A stretch of 64,000 bases of DNA from Eledone cirrhosa. Taxonomy: Eukaryota. Below the pieces are notes generated by a model. It worked only from the letters and a program-made list of their open reading frames with translations, ran no database searches and was not told the origin of the DNA. Both the position numbers and the translations under genes were made by a program. Below are positions 63,080 through 64,000 of the stretch, in pieces; positions within the stretch are counted from its first letter, which is position 1, and each line of letters starts with the position of its first letter. The stretch lies in NCBI GenBank assembly GCA_964016885.1, contig OZ024740.1, positions 330,088,001-330,152,000 on the forward strand. The letters are read 5' to 3'.

Positions 63080-63163
<84 letters not shown>
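63076..63163. repeat. (TG)n microsatellite
   Basis: Direct reading. Longer and purer than the paralog near 30086-30140. Confidence 0.95.
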
Positions 63164-63166
<3 letters not shown>

Positions 63167-63789
63167 CTAATATCAAATTTCCGTCTAAACGCATCGCAAT
63201 ACATTTTCTATATAGTCTCTACAGCCAAAACGTTTTAAGCTGTGTTAACGATTGTAAGGGGTTTCATTTAATGGTATGAACACACATTTTCAGTGGAAAC
63301 TAAAATTAAGTTGTCAATTCAATAAATAAAATTACTTAGTTTACTTATGAAAATATATATTCATGACAGGCAGCCGACAAGTGGAAATAGTAAAGATATA
63401 TTTATTTTAACATCAAGATAATATTAAAATAAGGCGGAACATTTTAGTTTAGAATATCTGAAATTTCTCATTTTATAATCGACTACGTTATTTAGAACAA
63501 AGTATACTTGCATTAGAGACACTTTTACAAGAACATTAAGTTGGAACGTAGTGTACATGTGACGAAGTTTGAAATATGCACAAGTAAAATCAATCTGCAT
63601 CGGTCTCTTATGTTAATGGCGTGCAGCGAGTTTTACAACCTACACCCTTGTGGAAAGACCTAACTTTTCACTTTTACACAATGAGATATTCCGCAAAATA
63701 TATGAATTAATAACTCGAATATATTACACATAAATAACATAGTCGTTATAAATATTGCGTTGTCTACGGCTAAAACACTGGTATGTTAA

Positions 63790-64000
63790 ATTTGGTACGA
63801 GTGATGAAGAATGTGTCCCGCATGTGCGACCCAACAGAAATGGGAAGACACATCAAACACTTCATCAACCGCATGCAGTTCTCTGGCTACAACCAAAGAG
63901 ACAGAGCCAGAGTATACGAAGGAGCCATGGAAAAGTATAAGACCCTCATAGAACTGGACATGAAAGGAATGTGCCCATTATACAGGAGCAAATCATGGAA
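63790..64000 (+). mobile_element. 5'-truncated PLE family B, runs off the window
   Basis: Encodes LVRVMKNVSRMCDPTEMGRHIKHFINRMQFSGYNQRDRARVYEGAMEKYK and joins the duplicated block through attt microhomology. Confidence 0.85.

Overview
AT-rich eukaryotic repeat region with no recognisable host protein-coding gene. The (TA)n/(TG)n microsatellites and one SINE resemble what I remember of octopus/coleoid genomes; this is inference, not a database result. The window is almost entirely nested retroelements sitting in (TA)n tracts. (1) An apparently intact, very young Penelope-like element (PLE; 710-aa RT plus C-terminal GIY-YIG, Hydra-clade-like CxCx5C linker) is present as a head-to-head inverted plus tandem trimer. 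(2) Several other PLE families are present as fragments. (3) There is also a CR1-group LINE whose ORF1 has a Myb/SANT-like domain and a CCCH finger, a near-intact RTE LINE, CRE-like RLE fragments, a mariner relic and a SINE with an 18-bp TSD. A segmental duplication (3051-30776 vs 39543-63793) shares about 12 kb of sequence, and its central (TA)n tract was colonised by different elements in each copy. The strongest signal not shown by the ORF track is a dense set of type I hammerhead ribozyme motifs read by hand, from at least 7 unrelated sequence families. Four of these lie in non-coding tandem monomers of about 430, 465, 555 and 646 nt (retrozyme-like). The 555-nt array copies the head-to-head, (TA)n-anchored architecture of the autonomous PLE. 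This suggests a PLE-driven, (TA)n-targeted system of ribozyme-processed, possibly circular, non-coding RNAs. All folds were read by eye and coordinates of degenerate ends are approximate.
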